A stretch of DNA of 64,000 nt from Candidatus Latescibacterota bacterium (GTDB lineage: Bacteria > Latescibacterota > UBA2968 > UBA8231): the NCBI GenBank assembly GCA_965217585.1, contig OZ244561.1:736001-800000 (forward strand), in the 5' to 3' direction. The notes under the pieces are model-generated. The model saw only the letters and a program-made list of their open reading frames with translations. It did not search any database and was not told where the DNA came from. A program made the translations under genes and the position numbers. This document shows, piece after piece, positions 19,650-28,895 of the stretch. The first letter of the stretch is position 1. Each line of letters begins with the position of its first letter.

Positions 19650-20233
19650 AGTCGCTCATCCTCGGCTCGGCCTCACCCCGGCGCGCCGCGCTGTTGCGCC
19701 AACTCACCCTGCCCTTTACAGTAGTCCCCAGTCCGCTGGCAGAGCCTGTGCCCACAACGTCCATCCCGGCCGACTACGCACTCGAATCGGCCGTGGCCAA
19801 AGCCCGCGCTGTGGCCAGCTCAGTCGCCGCAGACACCATCATCATCGCGGCGGACACCATCGTCTGTATCAACGGCGCGATATTGGGCAAGCCCGCCGAC
19901 GCGGCCGATGCGGCCTCCATGCTCGGTCGCCTCTCGGGCAAGGTCCATCAAGTCTATACCGGACTAGCCATCCAAAGCGGCGATCAGCTCTTGCAGGAAG
20001 CCGTTTGCACCCAAGTGGAGATGCGGCCCTTGACCGCCGCCGACATCGCCGCTTACGTCGCCAGCGGCGAACCCCTCGACAAAGCCGGTGGCTATGGCAT
20101 ACAGGGGCTAGGAGCGCGCTTTATTGAACGCATCGCAGGTTGTTATTATAATGTAGTTGGTCTGCCCCTAGCTCGTCTTTGCGTCCTCTTGAGCGCGGTG
20201 GGGTGCGACCTAAACGATCAGGCGACAAAATGA
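19646..20233 (+). CDS. maf: Maf-family nucleotide pyrophosphatase
   Basis: LILGSASPRR, AADTIV, ILGKP, EPLDKAGGYGIQG, YYNVVGLP; GTG 19646. Confidence 0.93.
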   Translation: MKSLILGSASPRRAALLRQLTLPFTVVPSPLAEPVPTTSIPADYALESAVAKARAVASSVAADTIIIAADTIVCINGAILGKPADAADAASMLGRLSGKVHQVYTGLAIQSGDQLLQEAVCTQVEMRPLTAADIAAYVASGEPLDKAGGYGIQGLGARFIERIAGCYYNVVGLPLARLCVLLSAVGCDLNDQATK

Positions 20234-21111
20234 GCGAAGAAAAACAACCAACCATCGCAGAAGAATTGTCGGCCGCACGCCAAGCGCGCGGCCTCGACTT
20301 CGAAGAAGTCCAGCGACAGACCGGCATTAGTTTGTCCGTCTTACAGGGTATAGAAGCCGGCCAGTTCGATGTGGTCGAGCCGGTATTTGCCCGCCTAGCA
20401 CTGAAAGCATATGCCGAATTACTCGGTCTCGATCCCGAGCCGTTGCTGACCCGCTTCGACCAACAGCACGGCCAGGCCTTCCAACCTCGCCACCGACCTA
20501 CGGTCTTGCTATCGCAGCCTGTTCGGCGTCGCTCGCGGAAGCCGCTGATCGTCATCGGCTTGGTAATAGGTGCCTGCTGCGCCCTCGCTGTGGCGTTCTA
20601 CCTTTTCGGTGGTAGGGCTGCGCCATCACAGACCCCGGCCCAATCCTCCGCCCCACCACAAGCGACCGCCGTCCCGCCGCAAGCGGTCGTCGCCCAGCCC
20701 GAATCCCAGCCGACAACCGCTCCAAACGACCCGCTTGTCGCCCAGTCATCCACCGCAGACACCTCCGCGACTGTGGCGGCCGCACAAACCACCGAATCCG
20801 CCCCCGTCGTCCTCGAACTAGAAGCCCGCGACTCTACTTGGGTGCAGATCCGCTGGGATGACTCAGCAGAAAATTTTGAGCGCATCGTTCCACCTGGCGA
20901 GCGCCACCGCTTTGAGGCCCGCGACCACTTTGTCGTACTCTCGACCCGTCCCCACGGTCTGCGCTATTGGTTGGACGGCCAACTACTCGGCAACGGCCAA
21001 CTCGGCGACCCCACCAACGTGCTGCGCTTCCGCGCCACGGCCGACGGCATCGAATTACTAGGATCGAACTTACAGTCCCTAGCAGAAGAGGCTCCCGACG
21101 CCCAACCATGA
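20230..21111 (+). CDS. rodZ: RodZ-like HTH / DUF4115 membrane protein
   Basis: N-terminal HTH (LSAARQARG...IEAG.F...LKAYAELLGLD), single TM, Pro/Ala linker, LEARDSTWVQI C-domain. Confidence 0.78.
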   Translation: MSEEKQPTIAEELSAARQARGLDFEEVQRQTGISLSVLQGIEAGQFDVVEPVFARLALKAYAELLGLDPEPLLTRFDQQHGQAFQPRHRPTVLLSQPVRRRSRKPLIVIGLVIGACCALAVAFYLFGGRAAPSQTPAQSSAPPQATAVPPQAVVAQPESQPTTAPNDPLVAQSSTADTSATVAAAQTTESAPVVLELEARDSTWVQIRWDDSAENFERIVPPGERHRFEARDHFVVLSTRPHGLRYWLDGQLLGNGQLGDPTNVLRFRATADGIELLGSNLQSLAEEAPDAQP

Positions 21112-23558
21112 TCCAAGGCTACGTAGAGGTCGCCCTGCCGCCACCCGTAGCGCGCGAGTTGACCTATGGCGTACCTGCTGAACTCGCTGCTGAAGCGCGG
21201 CCGGGGGCCTTGGTGTTGGTGCCGGTGGTCCAGCGCCGGCTCACCGGCATCGTCTTGGGGCCAGCTACAATCGGCGACCTCCCTCCGAGCAAGATCCGCC
21301 CTATTGAGCAAATTCTCGACACCTCGCTCCTCAGCCCGGAGATCGTCGCGCTTTGTCGCTGGATGGCTTCCTACTACATGGCCCCCCTCGGCAGTGCGCT
21401 GATGGCCGCCCTGCCCCCAGGCGTCAAACTCAGCTCCAACCGCGTCGTGCAATTGCGCGAGGTGCCCGCTGGCCACCACACGGGCATGGAGGCGCGGATC
21501 CTCGGCGAGTTGCAGCGCAGCGGCTCCCTCAAGGTCAGCACCCTCAAGCGCCGCCTCGGCAGCCGGGGCTTGGAAAAGGGGGTGCGCGCCCTGCGCCGCA
21601 GCGGGCGCATTGAAATCGCACCCGTGCTCGAAGACCGACGGCCCCACGCCTTGAGCCAACGCCGCTTCCTCCTGAGCGACGAAACGGCCGCGCACGCAGC
21701 CGTCGCCGACATCGAAAAGCGCGCCCCGCGCCAAGCGGCCTGTCTGCGCTACTTGCTAGACCACCCCACGGCTGCGCGCAGCGAACTGAGCGCAGCCGGC
21801 TTTTCCTCGGCCGTACTCAAGGGGCTCGAAGGCCGTGGCTTGATTGAGTCAACTACCGAGGAAGTCGTCCGCGATCCCCTCGCCCACATCGCCAGTGGTC
21901 CCCCTCCGGACCTCGTCCCTACGGCCGACCAGCAACAGGCCCTCGACGCCCTATCGGCCGCGCTCGATGCCCGAGAATTCTATCCGGCCCTGCTGCATGG
22001 AGTCACCGGCTCGGGCAAGACCCTCGTGTACATCCAACTCGTGGCGCAAGCGTTGTCCACGGGGCGCGGCGCGATCATCTTGGTGCCAGAAATCGCCCTC
22101 GCTTGGCAGATGGTGCGGCGCTTCAAGGAGCACTTCGGCGAGGCAGTCGCCGTCCTCCACAGCCAGCTCTCGGCCGGAGAGCGCTACGACACGTGGCGTC
22201 GCGTGCGCCGCCGCGAGCAGCGCATACTCATCGGCGCTCGCTCGGCCATTCTCGCACCAGTGGACGATTTGGGGCTGATTGTCGTGGACGAAGAGCACGA
22301 CACCTCGTACAAGCAAGAAGACCTAGACAGCAGCCACCCCCTCACCTACAATGCTCGCGACCTCGCCTTAGTCCGCGGGCAGCACTGCAAAGCCGTCGTC
22401 GTCCTCGGCTCGGCCACGCCCAGCCTAGAGTCGCACTGGAATGCCGTCATGGGCAAATACCACCTCCACACCCTGCCCCGCCGCATCGACGACCGCCCCT
22501 TGCCGCAAGTGACGGTCGTCGATATGAAACAGGAGCCTTTTCAACGGCAGCAGCGGGCCATCTTCTCGCACGACTTGCGGCGCAAGATGCAGGACCGCCT
22601 CGACCGCGGCGAGAAAATCATCCTATTGCAAAACCGCCGTGGCTTTGCGCCCTTCATTAGTTGCACCGCCTGTGGCGAGCCGATCCAGTGCAACAGTTGC
22701 CGAGTCTCGCTGACCTATCACCGGCGGCCCACTGCCTCCGAGACCCGCTGTCATTACTGCGACTTCGCGGCCCCACCACCGCGGGTCTGCCCTTCCTGCG
22801 GCAGCCCGGAGCTGCGCTTCGAGGGGGTGGGCACCCAACGGGTCGAAAGCGCCCTCTTGGCCCAATTCTCCGGCATCCGCGTCATCCGCATGGACGTGGA
22901 CACCACCGCTTGGAAAGGCGCGCACGACTCCCTCGTCGAGCGCTTCCGCCGCGGCGAGGCCGACGTGCTGCTCGGCACCCAAATGGTCGCCAAGGGCCTC
23001 GACCTGCCCGAAGTCACGCTAGTCGGCGTGATCTCCGCCGACACCGGCATGCACCTACCCGACTTCCGCGCGGCCGAAAGGAGCTTCCAGCTCCTGACCC
23101 AAGTCGCCGGCCGCTCGGGTCGCGGTCGCACGGCCGGCGAGGTAGTCATCCAGACGCTGCTGCCCGAAGACGCAGCCCTGTGCGCGGCTGCAAACCAAAA
23201 CTACGCGGACTTTGCCCACAGCGAGTTGGATCAGCGGCGGCAGGCCGGGTTTCCCCCTTTTGGCCGCCTAATCGTCTTCCGCTGGCGCGGCCCCTGCGAG
23301 CAAGCCGTTGAAACCGGGGCACAACAGGGCGTGGACGCTCTGCGACAGGACCTCGACGCAGACGCGCTCGTGCTCGGCCCAGCGCCAGCCCCATTGGCGC
23401 GGCTGCGCGGTCACTACCGCTGGCAAGCCCTCTTGCGCGGCTCCTCAGCGCGCCACTTGCGCACAACGGCCCTCAGCGCCCTGCCAGCCATGCGCGAGGC
23501 CGCCAAAAACCACGCCTTGCACTTTTCCATCAATATCGACCCTCTAACAATGATGTAG
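21108..23558 (+). CDS. priA: Primosomal protein N'
   Basis: LHGVTGSGKT, VPEIAL, DEEHD, GSATPSLES, Zn ribbon CxxC x4, GTQMVAKGLD, QVAGRSGR. Confidence 0.97.
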   Translation: MIQGYVEVALPPPVARELTYGVPAELAAEARPGALVLVPVVQRRLTGIVLGPATIGDLPPSKIRPIEQILDTSLLSPEIVALCRWMASYYMAPLGSALMAALPPGVKLSSNRVVQLREVPAGHHTGMEARILGELQRSGSLKVSTLKRRLGSRGLEKGVRALRRSGRIEIAPVLEDRRPHALSQRRFLLSDETAAHAAVADIEKRAPRQAACLRYLLDHPTAARSELSAAGFSSAVLKGLEGRGLIESTTEEVVRDPLAHIASGPPPDLVPTADQQQALDALSAALDAREFYPALLHGVTGSGKTLVYIQLVAQALSTGRGAIILVPEIALAWQMVRRFKEHFGEAVAVLHSQLSAGERYDTWRRVRRREQRILIGARSAILAPVDDLGLIVVDEEHDTSYKQEDLDSSHPLTYNARDLALVRGQHCKAVVVLGSATPSLESHWNAVMGKYHLHTLPRRIDDRPLPQVTVVDMKQEPFQRQQRAIFSHDLRRKMQDRLDRGEKIILLQNRRGFAPFISCTACGEPIQCNSCRVSLTYHRRPTASETRCHYCDFAAPPPRVCPSCGSPELRFEGVGTQRVESALLAQFSGIRVIRMDVDTTAWKGAHDSLVERFRRGEADVLLGTQMVAKGLDLPEVTLVGVISADTGMHLPDFRAAERSFQLLTQVAGRSGRGRTAGEVVIQTLLPEDAALCAAANQNYADFAHSELDQRRQAGFPPFGRLIVFRWRGPCEQAVETGAQQGVDALRQDLDADALVLGPAPAPLARLRGHYRWQALLRGSSARHLRTTALSALPAMREAAKNHALHFSINIDPLTMM

Positions 23559-23567
23559 GCCGTCCCC

Positions 23568-25772
23568 ATGCTCTTGCTCCGCCTCGCTCCACTGCTGCTC
23601 TTGGCTTTGCCCGCCCGCGCCCAACTATCCGGCACCCAATGGGAAGCCTATACCAGTATGCGCCAAATCAACCGGGTCCTCGTCCACCAAAATGAGGTCT
23701 GGGCCGGTACCAGCGGCGGCGTCCTGCGCTACGACCAGCAGACCCAATCCTATACGCGCTTCACCCGCCGCGACGGCCTGCCGGGCAACCTCATCTTGAG
23801 CCTATCCGTAGATGCCAACGGCCACCTGTGGTTCGGTACGAACTCGCAGGGCTTGAGCCGCTATCGGCCCGAGGACGATCGCTTCGACCCGCCCTTCCTC
23901 GACTTCCAAAACCTCCGCATCAACGCCCTCAAGCCTCATGGGGACATCCTCTACGTCGGCAGCGAGCGCGGCGTCAGCGCGTTTGTCATCAGCAAGGAGG
24001 AGGTCAAGGAAACCTATCGCCGCTTGGGGGATCTGCCCAAAGACACCGAGGTGACCAGCATTGAGGTGTTTGCTGGACGCCTGTGGGCCGGGACCGGTAA
24101 TGATCTAGTATGGGCGGATTTGGACCAACCCAATCTCCAAGATCCCAGCAGTTGGGAAGCCGAGCTAATAGGGGGCGCGGTGCGCGACATGCTAGTCTAT
24201 CGAGACACGCTCTTCGTCTCGGCCACAAACGGCGTCTGGCGAGTACATCCCGCGCTTGACCGCCCCGCGATCGAATACTCTACGACCACTAGTGTTGCCC
24301 TCGGCCTCTTCGAGGGGAGCATCGTCAGCGCGACGGCCGAGGGCCTCTTGTTCCAGCGCCAAGGCAACCGTTGGCAGCCGCTTGGTGCATCGGACATTAG
24401 CAGCACCGCCGACCTGTCCGATACCGACGGTCCTCTGTGGGTGGCCAGCGCGAGCGGCCTGCGCGTCCTCGGCACCGACCCCCCACCGCCGCCCCGCGAG
24501 CCTAGAGCTAACTTCTTCTTCGACATGACCCAGACCGCCGACGGCCACCTATGGGTCGCCTCCGTGCCCAAGGACAATCTGCCCGCTTTTGGCCTGTACG
24601 AGTTCGACGGCGAGGGCTGGACCACCCATAACAAAAGGACCGACCTGTCGTCCGCGACCGTCTCGGCCGTGGAGACCGACGGCGAGGGCCTGCTGTGGGT
24701 TGGCCATTGGGGCCGGGGCATTGACGTGCGCGATCCCAACGGCCAGTGGCAGCGCCTCACCGCCAACAACTCGGCCCTCGAAGGCATCGACGGCAGTGCT
24801 TTTGTCGCCATCAGCGACATCGACCGCGACGCCAACGGCTTGGTATGGATCGCCAACGTCCGCAATGGGTTAGTCGTCATGGATGGGTGGCCGCCCCAAC
24901 AAGCCGCGCTCAACAGCCAGTTGGACTTCGGCATGGCCCCGGGCCGAGACATGACCAAAATCGCCATTGGTCCCGACGGCCTGAAGTGGATTGGGACGGC
25001 GCTCGACGGCTTCTGCCTCTTCGACGATGGCGGCACCCCTTTTGCGACCGACGATGAGATTGGCCTAGTCTTCGACACGACCGCATACCCGCACCTGACC
25101 AGCAACGCCGTCATCGATATCCACGTCGATCGCTCGGGGCAGGTGTGGATCGCCACCAACAACGGCCTCAATGCAGTGCGCGGCGAGTATTCGCGCACCG
25201 GCGCGCATTTTGATGTCACAAGCTGGAAGGTGTTCAACGCCGACAACGGCCTGCCGTCCAGCGCGACCACATCGCTGGCCGAAGACGACTGGGGGCGCAT
25301 TTGGGTCGGCACCGAAGGCGGCCTGGCCCGCATCAACACCGAGGGCCAAGTCGAGTTCGCGCTCGACACCAGCGACGGCCTCGTCAACAACCACGTCAAC
25401 TCGCTGTATTTCGATCGGGAAAACGGCGCACTGTGGATTGGCACGCTCGGCGGGATGAGCCGCCTGCAAATCGGCACTGCGGGGACGACCGCTGGGCCCC
25501 AGGCGTACGCGTATCCCAATCCCTTCCGCATCGGCGTGCGCGGCGGCGCCCTGACCTTTGCCGACCTGCCGCTAGGGTCCAGCGTGCGCATTTTCACGGC
25601 CGCTGGCGAACTCGTCCGCCAGCTCGACGGCGCGGCCGGTCAAGGCGCGGTCACTTGGCATGGCCAGAGCGCGGCGGGCTTTCTCGTGGGATCGGGTATT
25701 TACTACTTTGTCGCGCAGACAGAAACCGGCGACACCGTGCGCGGCAAATTCGCCGTGATCAACAACCGCTGA
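23568..25772 (+). CDS. Secreted beta-propeller (two-component regulator propeller / PorZ-like) protein with C-terminal sorting-like domain
   Basis: Signal peptide, repeated 'GLP.N.I...D..G.LW.GT..GL' blades, C-terminal YAYPNPF...IFTAAGELVR...W.G....SGIYYF. Confidence 0.8.
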   Translation: MLLLRLAPLLLLALPARAQLSGTQWEAYTSMRQINRVLVHQNEVWAGTSGGVLRYDQQTQSYTRFTRRDGLPGNLILSLSVDANGHLWFGTNSQGLSRYRPEDDRFDPPFLDFQNLRINALKPHGDILYVGSERGVSAFVISKEEVKETYRRLGDLPKDTEVTSIEVFAGRLWAGTGNDLVWADLDQPNLQDPSSWEAELIGGAVRDMLVYRDTLFVSATNGVWRVHPALDRPAIEYSTTTSVALGLFEGSIVSATAEGLLFQRQGNRWQPLGASDISSTADLSDTDGPLWVASASGLRVLGTDPPPPPREPRANFFFDMTQTADGHLWVASVPKDNLPAFGLYEFDGEGWTTHNKRTDLSSATVSAVETDGEGLLWVGHWGRGIDVRDPNGQWQRLTANNSALEGIDGSAFVAISDIDRDANGLVWIANVRNGLVVMDGWPPQQAALNSQLDFGMAPGRDMTKIAIGPDGLKWIGTALDGFCLFDDGGTPFATDDEIGLVFDTTAYPHLTSNAVIDIHVDRSGQVWIATNNGLNAVRGEYSRTGAHFDVTSWKVFNADNGLPSSATTSLAEDDWGRIWVGTEGGLARINTEGQVEFALDTSDGLVNNHVNSLYFDRENGALWIGTLGGMSRLQIGTAGTTAGPQAYAYPNPFRIGVRGGALTFADLPLGSSVRIFTAAGELVRQLDGAAGQGAVTWHGQSAAGFLVGSGIYYFVAQTETGDTVRGKFAVINNR

Positions 25773-25773
25773 C

Positions 25774-26427
25774 ATGCGCGGCCTCTACACTGCACTCGCC
25801 ATCGCGCTCCTCGCGGTGGACGGCCCAGCCCAGCCCCTATTTACCATTGCGCGGCTGCAATACGGCGGCGGCGGCGACTGGTACAGCGACCCCTCTTCCC
25901 TGCCCAACTTGCTCCGCTTCTTAAGAGAGCATACCCAAATCGACGCGGCCGAAGCCGAGACGCGCGTGCAAATCATGGACGAGGAGTTGTTTTCCTATCC
26001 GTACATCTACATGACCGGGCACGGCAATGTGGCTTTTTCCGCTGAGGAAGCAGCGCGGCTTAGGCACTACTTGGAAAGCGGTGGCTTTCTCCACGCCGAC
26101 GACAACTACGGCATGGACGAGAGCTTCCGCCGCGCCATGCGCCAAGTCTTCCCCAATGCCGAGTGGGTGGAACTGCCGCCCGAGCATCCCCTATTCCACT
26201 GCCACTTCGAGTTGCCAGCGGGCCTGCCCAAGGTCCACGAGCACGACGGCAAACGGCCGCAAGCCCTCGCGCTGTTCACGGGCGAACGCCTAGCTGTGCT
26301 ATACACGTATGAGGCGGATTTAGGCGACGGCTGGGAGGACCCCGGCGTCCACAGCGACCCAGAGAGCAAGCGACTCGACGCCCTCAAAATGGGTGCCAAT
26401 ATCGCGGTCTGGGCGCTGAGCCACTAG
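25774..26427 (+). CDS. DUF4159 domain protein
   Basis: YGGGGDWY.DPSSLPNLL, YPYIYMTGHG, LRHYLESGGFLHADDNYG, DLGDGWED. Confidence 0.88.
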   Translation: MRGLYTALAIALLAVDGPAQPLFTIARLQYGGGGDWYSDPSSLPNLLRFLREHTQIDAAEAETRVQIMDEELFSYPYIYMTGHGNVAFSAEEAARLRHYLESGGFLHADDNYGMDESFRRAMRQVFPNAEWVELPPEHPLFHCHFELPAGLPKVHEHDGKRPQALALFTGERLAVLYTYEADLGDGWEDPGVHSDPESKRLDALKMGANIAVWALSH

Positions 26428-26813
26428 ACGTGCAGTAAGCGATACCCCCACAACGCCAGTACGAGGACCAGCACGCCCCCAGCGAGGCCCTTGCGGAGGG
26501 ACGAGGGCAGCACGAGCCAAGCGCGACCAAATCGACTCGGAGAGCACGCGAGGCCGAGGGCCAATGGGATGAGGAAAAACGCGAAGGGATGGTAGTGCCA
26601 AGCGCCGGCGAGGTTGCCTTGTGCAAGAGCTATGCAGGCGCGCCCCATGCCGCAGCCTGGGCAGGGCAGATGGGTGAGGAAACGGAAGGGGCACAGGGTC
26701 GGCCAAGCCTTGCCGAGCACGGGGCTAAACCACGCCAAGAATGCCGCGACGAGCGCCAGCCCGACGAGGAAAATTCGCGCGAGGTGAACTGGGCTAACTG
26801 TCGGCGCTTTCAC
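26424..26813 (-). CDS. DUF2752 membrane protein
   Basis: CPFRFLTHLPCPGCGMGRA...AWHYHP signature. Confidence 0.88.
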   Translation of the reverse strand: MKAPTVSPVHLARIFLVGLALVAAFLAWFSPVLGKAWPTLCPFRFLTHLPCPGCGMGRACIALAQGNLAGAWHYHPFAFFLIPLALGLACSPSRFGRAWLVLPSSLRKGLAGGVLVLVLALWGYRLLHV

Positions 26814-27177
26814 CGTAGAACTTGTTGATCTCCCACTGCTGGATGGCCGTGGCGGCCAAGCCGAAAGAAAAAATAGAAACCAGGACGCAGATCAACGCCA
26901 AGTCTCTGTTTGCGCGTAGATTATTGTTCTCCTGAATCTCGTTGATGCCCTGCGCCATCTTGTACTCGTAATAAATCTCAAATATGCTGCACGTCAGGAT
27001 GTAGAGTACGAGCCAAAGCCAGAAGTTGTACTCCTCCCGCCCCAGCCACGCATTGAGCGTTTCCATCTGTTTGTATTGCCAATAGAAATAGTAAATCCCA
27101 CACGTCAGAATGCTGACGACGATTCCCAAGACAATGCTTCTCACTCCGTCGTATTCTGGATATGGGTAGCTCTGCAT
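26794..27177 (-). CDS. DUF4234 membrane protein
   Basis: RSIVLGIVVSILTCGIY..YWQY repeated twice; TM helices. Confidence 0.82.
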   Translation of the reverse strand: MQSYPYPEYDGVRSIVLGIVVSILTCGIYYFYWQYKQMETLNAWLGREEYNFWLWLVLYILTCSIFEIYYEYKMAQGINEIQENNNLRANRDLALICVLVSIFSFGLAATAIQQWEINKFYGESADS

Positions 27178-27363
27178 AATTGGACCTCCAGCTAGTATGT
27201 AGGCACGCGGGAATATAGCCTCTGGTTTCGGCCTCCATCAAGCGCTTGTTTGAGGCCGGGGCTGTCACCCTCGTCCTCTTTTTAGTCGACCAGATCGCAC
27301 TGAGAACTTGACGAAATGGGGAGGATTATGCCCCTTGCCAGATCAGTGGCATAGGGCGCTTGC

Positions 27364-27490
27364 GGGCGATGGAAGTAGATCCTCTCTAGCGGAGACGGAT
27401 CGCCTCTGTGGTTCGATGCATGGACCAGGAGAGGGCCACATCGAAATACCTAGTGCGTTCCTCCCGGTGGACAAAGTACTTCCATCACCT
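27364..27490 (-). ncRNA. Candidate structured RNA or structured DNA element (multi-way junction)
   Basis: 13-bp closing stem GGTGATGGAAGTA/TACTTCCATCGCC (G-U on the minus strand) enclosing internal hairpins GATCC-TCTC/GAGA-GGATC and TTCGATG/CATCGAA; no family recognised. Confidence 0.4.
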
Positions 27491-27660
27491 ATTTTTCATG
27501 TAAAGCCTATGGTCTACAATAAGTTATACTACAGAAAAGTCCATTAAGGCTTAGCTTTTGGGCACTATTGTATATAATACCCAAATTTAGCTTGATTCTG
27601 CGATACAGGGATATTACTTTGCCACTCCCCTTTGAGAACCGGAACTTGGACCCTATAACC

Positions 27661-28416
27661 ATGGCCAAATTCTCGCCGAATTCGCTTACGTTTGAGATTG
27701 ACGGTCCGCGGATTACGGCCCAGCGTTTTAGAAAAGGCTTTAATGCGTTCTTGCAGATGGCCGATGAGGTAGCCGATAGCGTGGCCGGGAAGCCTCACGC
27801 TGTAGAGTGGCTTCTTTCTGTTGAGCCGGGTAGCGTACGCGTACACATCGCTCCAGAAGCAATTAAGATATCGCCTGAAAAGATCCCTGTGGCCATTGAT
27901 GCGATTCAAACTGGGCTTGCGGCCCTTGAGGTGGGGGATGATATCTGGCCTAAGCATTTCTCGGAAAAAGCATTGGAGGCTGCCAAGACGATGGGCGAGG
28001 TACTGTCTAGGTCCGACGGGGAGTTAAGTACAGTACAGGTCCGATACAATGGACAGGCTACTAAAATGTCGTCTCGATCTGTTGCGTCTGTCGACCAGTT
28101 ACTGCAAGGACAGTACGTTGATCACGGTACGGTCGAAGGACGGATTCAAGTACTCAGCAGACGGGGCAAAACGCGCTTTTCTATTGATGATGATATATCG
28201 GGTCGCAATATCAACTGCTATTTTTCTGGTGAATTATGGGACGATGTACTTCAGTCTTTTAATCCTAAGACAGCGCGGCGCGTGTCGGTTTCAGGGCTTA
28301 TTCAATATCGGCGCAATGGTATGCCGATCAATATCACTGTTGAAGAATTTAGAGTACTTCGTCCAAAAGACGAGCTGCCATCCTGGAATGATGTGCTGGG
28401 TATTCTCGCTGAGTAA
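27661..28416 (+). CDS. Hypothetical protein, partner of the downstream PIN gene
   Basis: Long ORF in a lower-GC islet, ATG 27661, 6 bp before the PIN gene; family not recognised. Confidence 0.7.
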   Translation: MAKFSPNSLTFEIDGPRITAQRFRKGFNAFLQMADEVADSVAGKPHAVEWLLSVEPGSVRVHIAPEAIKISPEKIPVAIDAIQTGLAALEVGDDIWPKHFSEKALEAAKTMGEVLSRSDGELSTVQVRYNGQATKMSSRSVASVDQLLQGQYVDHGTVEGRIQVLSRRGKTRFSIDDDISGRNINCYFSGELWDDVLQSFNPKTARRVSVSGLIQYRRNGMPINITVEEFRVLRPKDELPSWNDVLGILAE

Positions 28417-28422
28417 ATCTAT

Positions 28423-28884
28423 ATGCGGAACGTCTATTGCGATGCCAACATATTTATTGGATGGTTCAATAATGAAGAAGATAAAGTAGAAGCCTGTCGT
28501 GGATTAGTTGATGTCTCTGAGAGAGGGGAAGTGCGAATAATCACTTCGGCATTGACATTGACGGAGGTTATCAAGATCAAAGGTCAGCAACCATTGCCTC
28601 AGAGCAAGGAAGAGACTATCAAGGATTTTTTTGAACAAGAGTTCATCGGCATCGTCAATGTGGATCGACGAACGGCCGAATTTGCTCGCGATCTTATATG
28701 GCGCTATCCTCACCTTAATCCCAAGGACTCTCTCCACGCGGCAACAGCCTTGATTACCGAAGACGTTGATGTGTTGTATACTTTTGACGAGGATCTTTTG
28801 CGGTTGAACGGCCAATTGGGAGAGTCTCCTCTGCGGATTTCTACTCCAGATATACCAGATCAGCTTTCTATCCCGTTCGCATAA
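28423..28884 (+). CDS. PIN domain (VapC-like) ribonuclease
   Basis: VYCDANIFI, TSALTLTEV, KDSLHAATA, YTFDEDL acidic PIN residues. Confidence 0.88.
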   Translation: MRNVYCDANIFIGWFNNEEDKVEACRGLVDVSERGEVRIITSALTLTEVIKIKGQQPLPQSKEETIKDFFEQEFIGIVNVDRRTAEFARDLIWRYPHLNPKDSLHAATALITEDVDVLYTFDEDLLRLNGQLGESPLRISTPDIPDQLSIPFA

Positions 28885-28895
28885 CTCACTTTGAC

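Noticed and set aside
24197-25597. Long antisense ORFs (also 16139-17161, 35200-36267, 36564-37511, 60140-61396)
   Set aside because: They lie opposite well-supported genes, lack motifs, and are expected from stop-codon scarcity in GC-rich DNA.
27364-27490. tRNA, SRP RNA, 6S RNA or a named riboswitch
   Set aside because: No T-loop/CCA cloverleaf, SRP loop or recognised aptamer consensus; kept only as an unassigned structured element.
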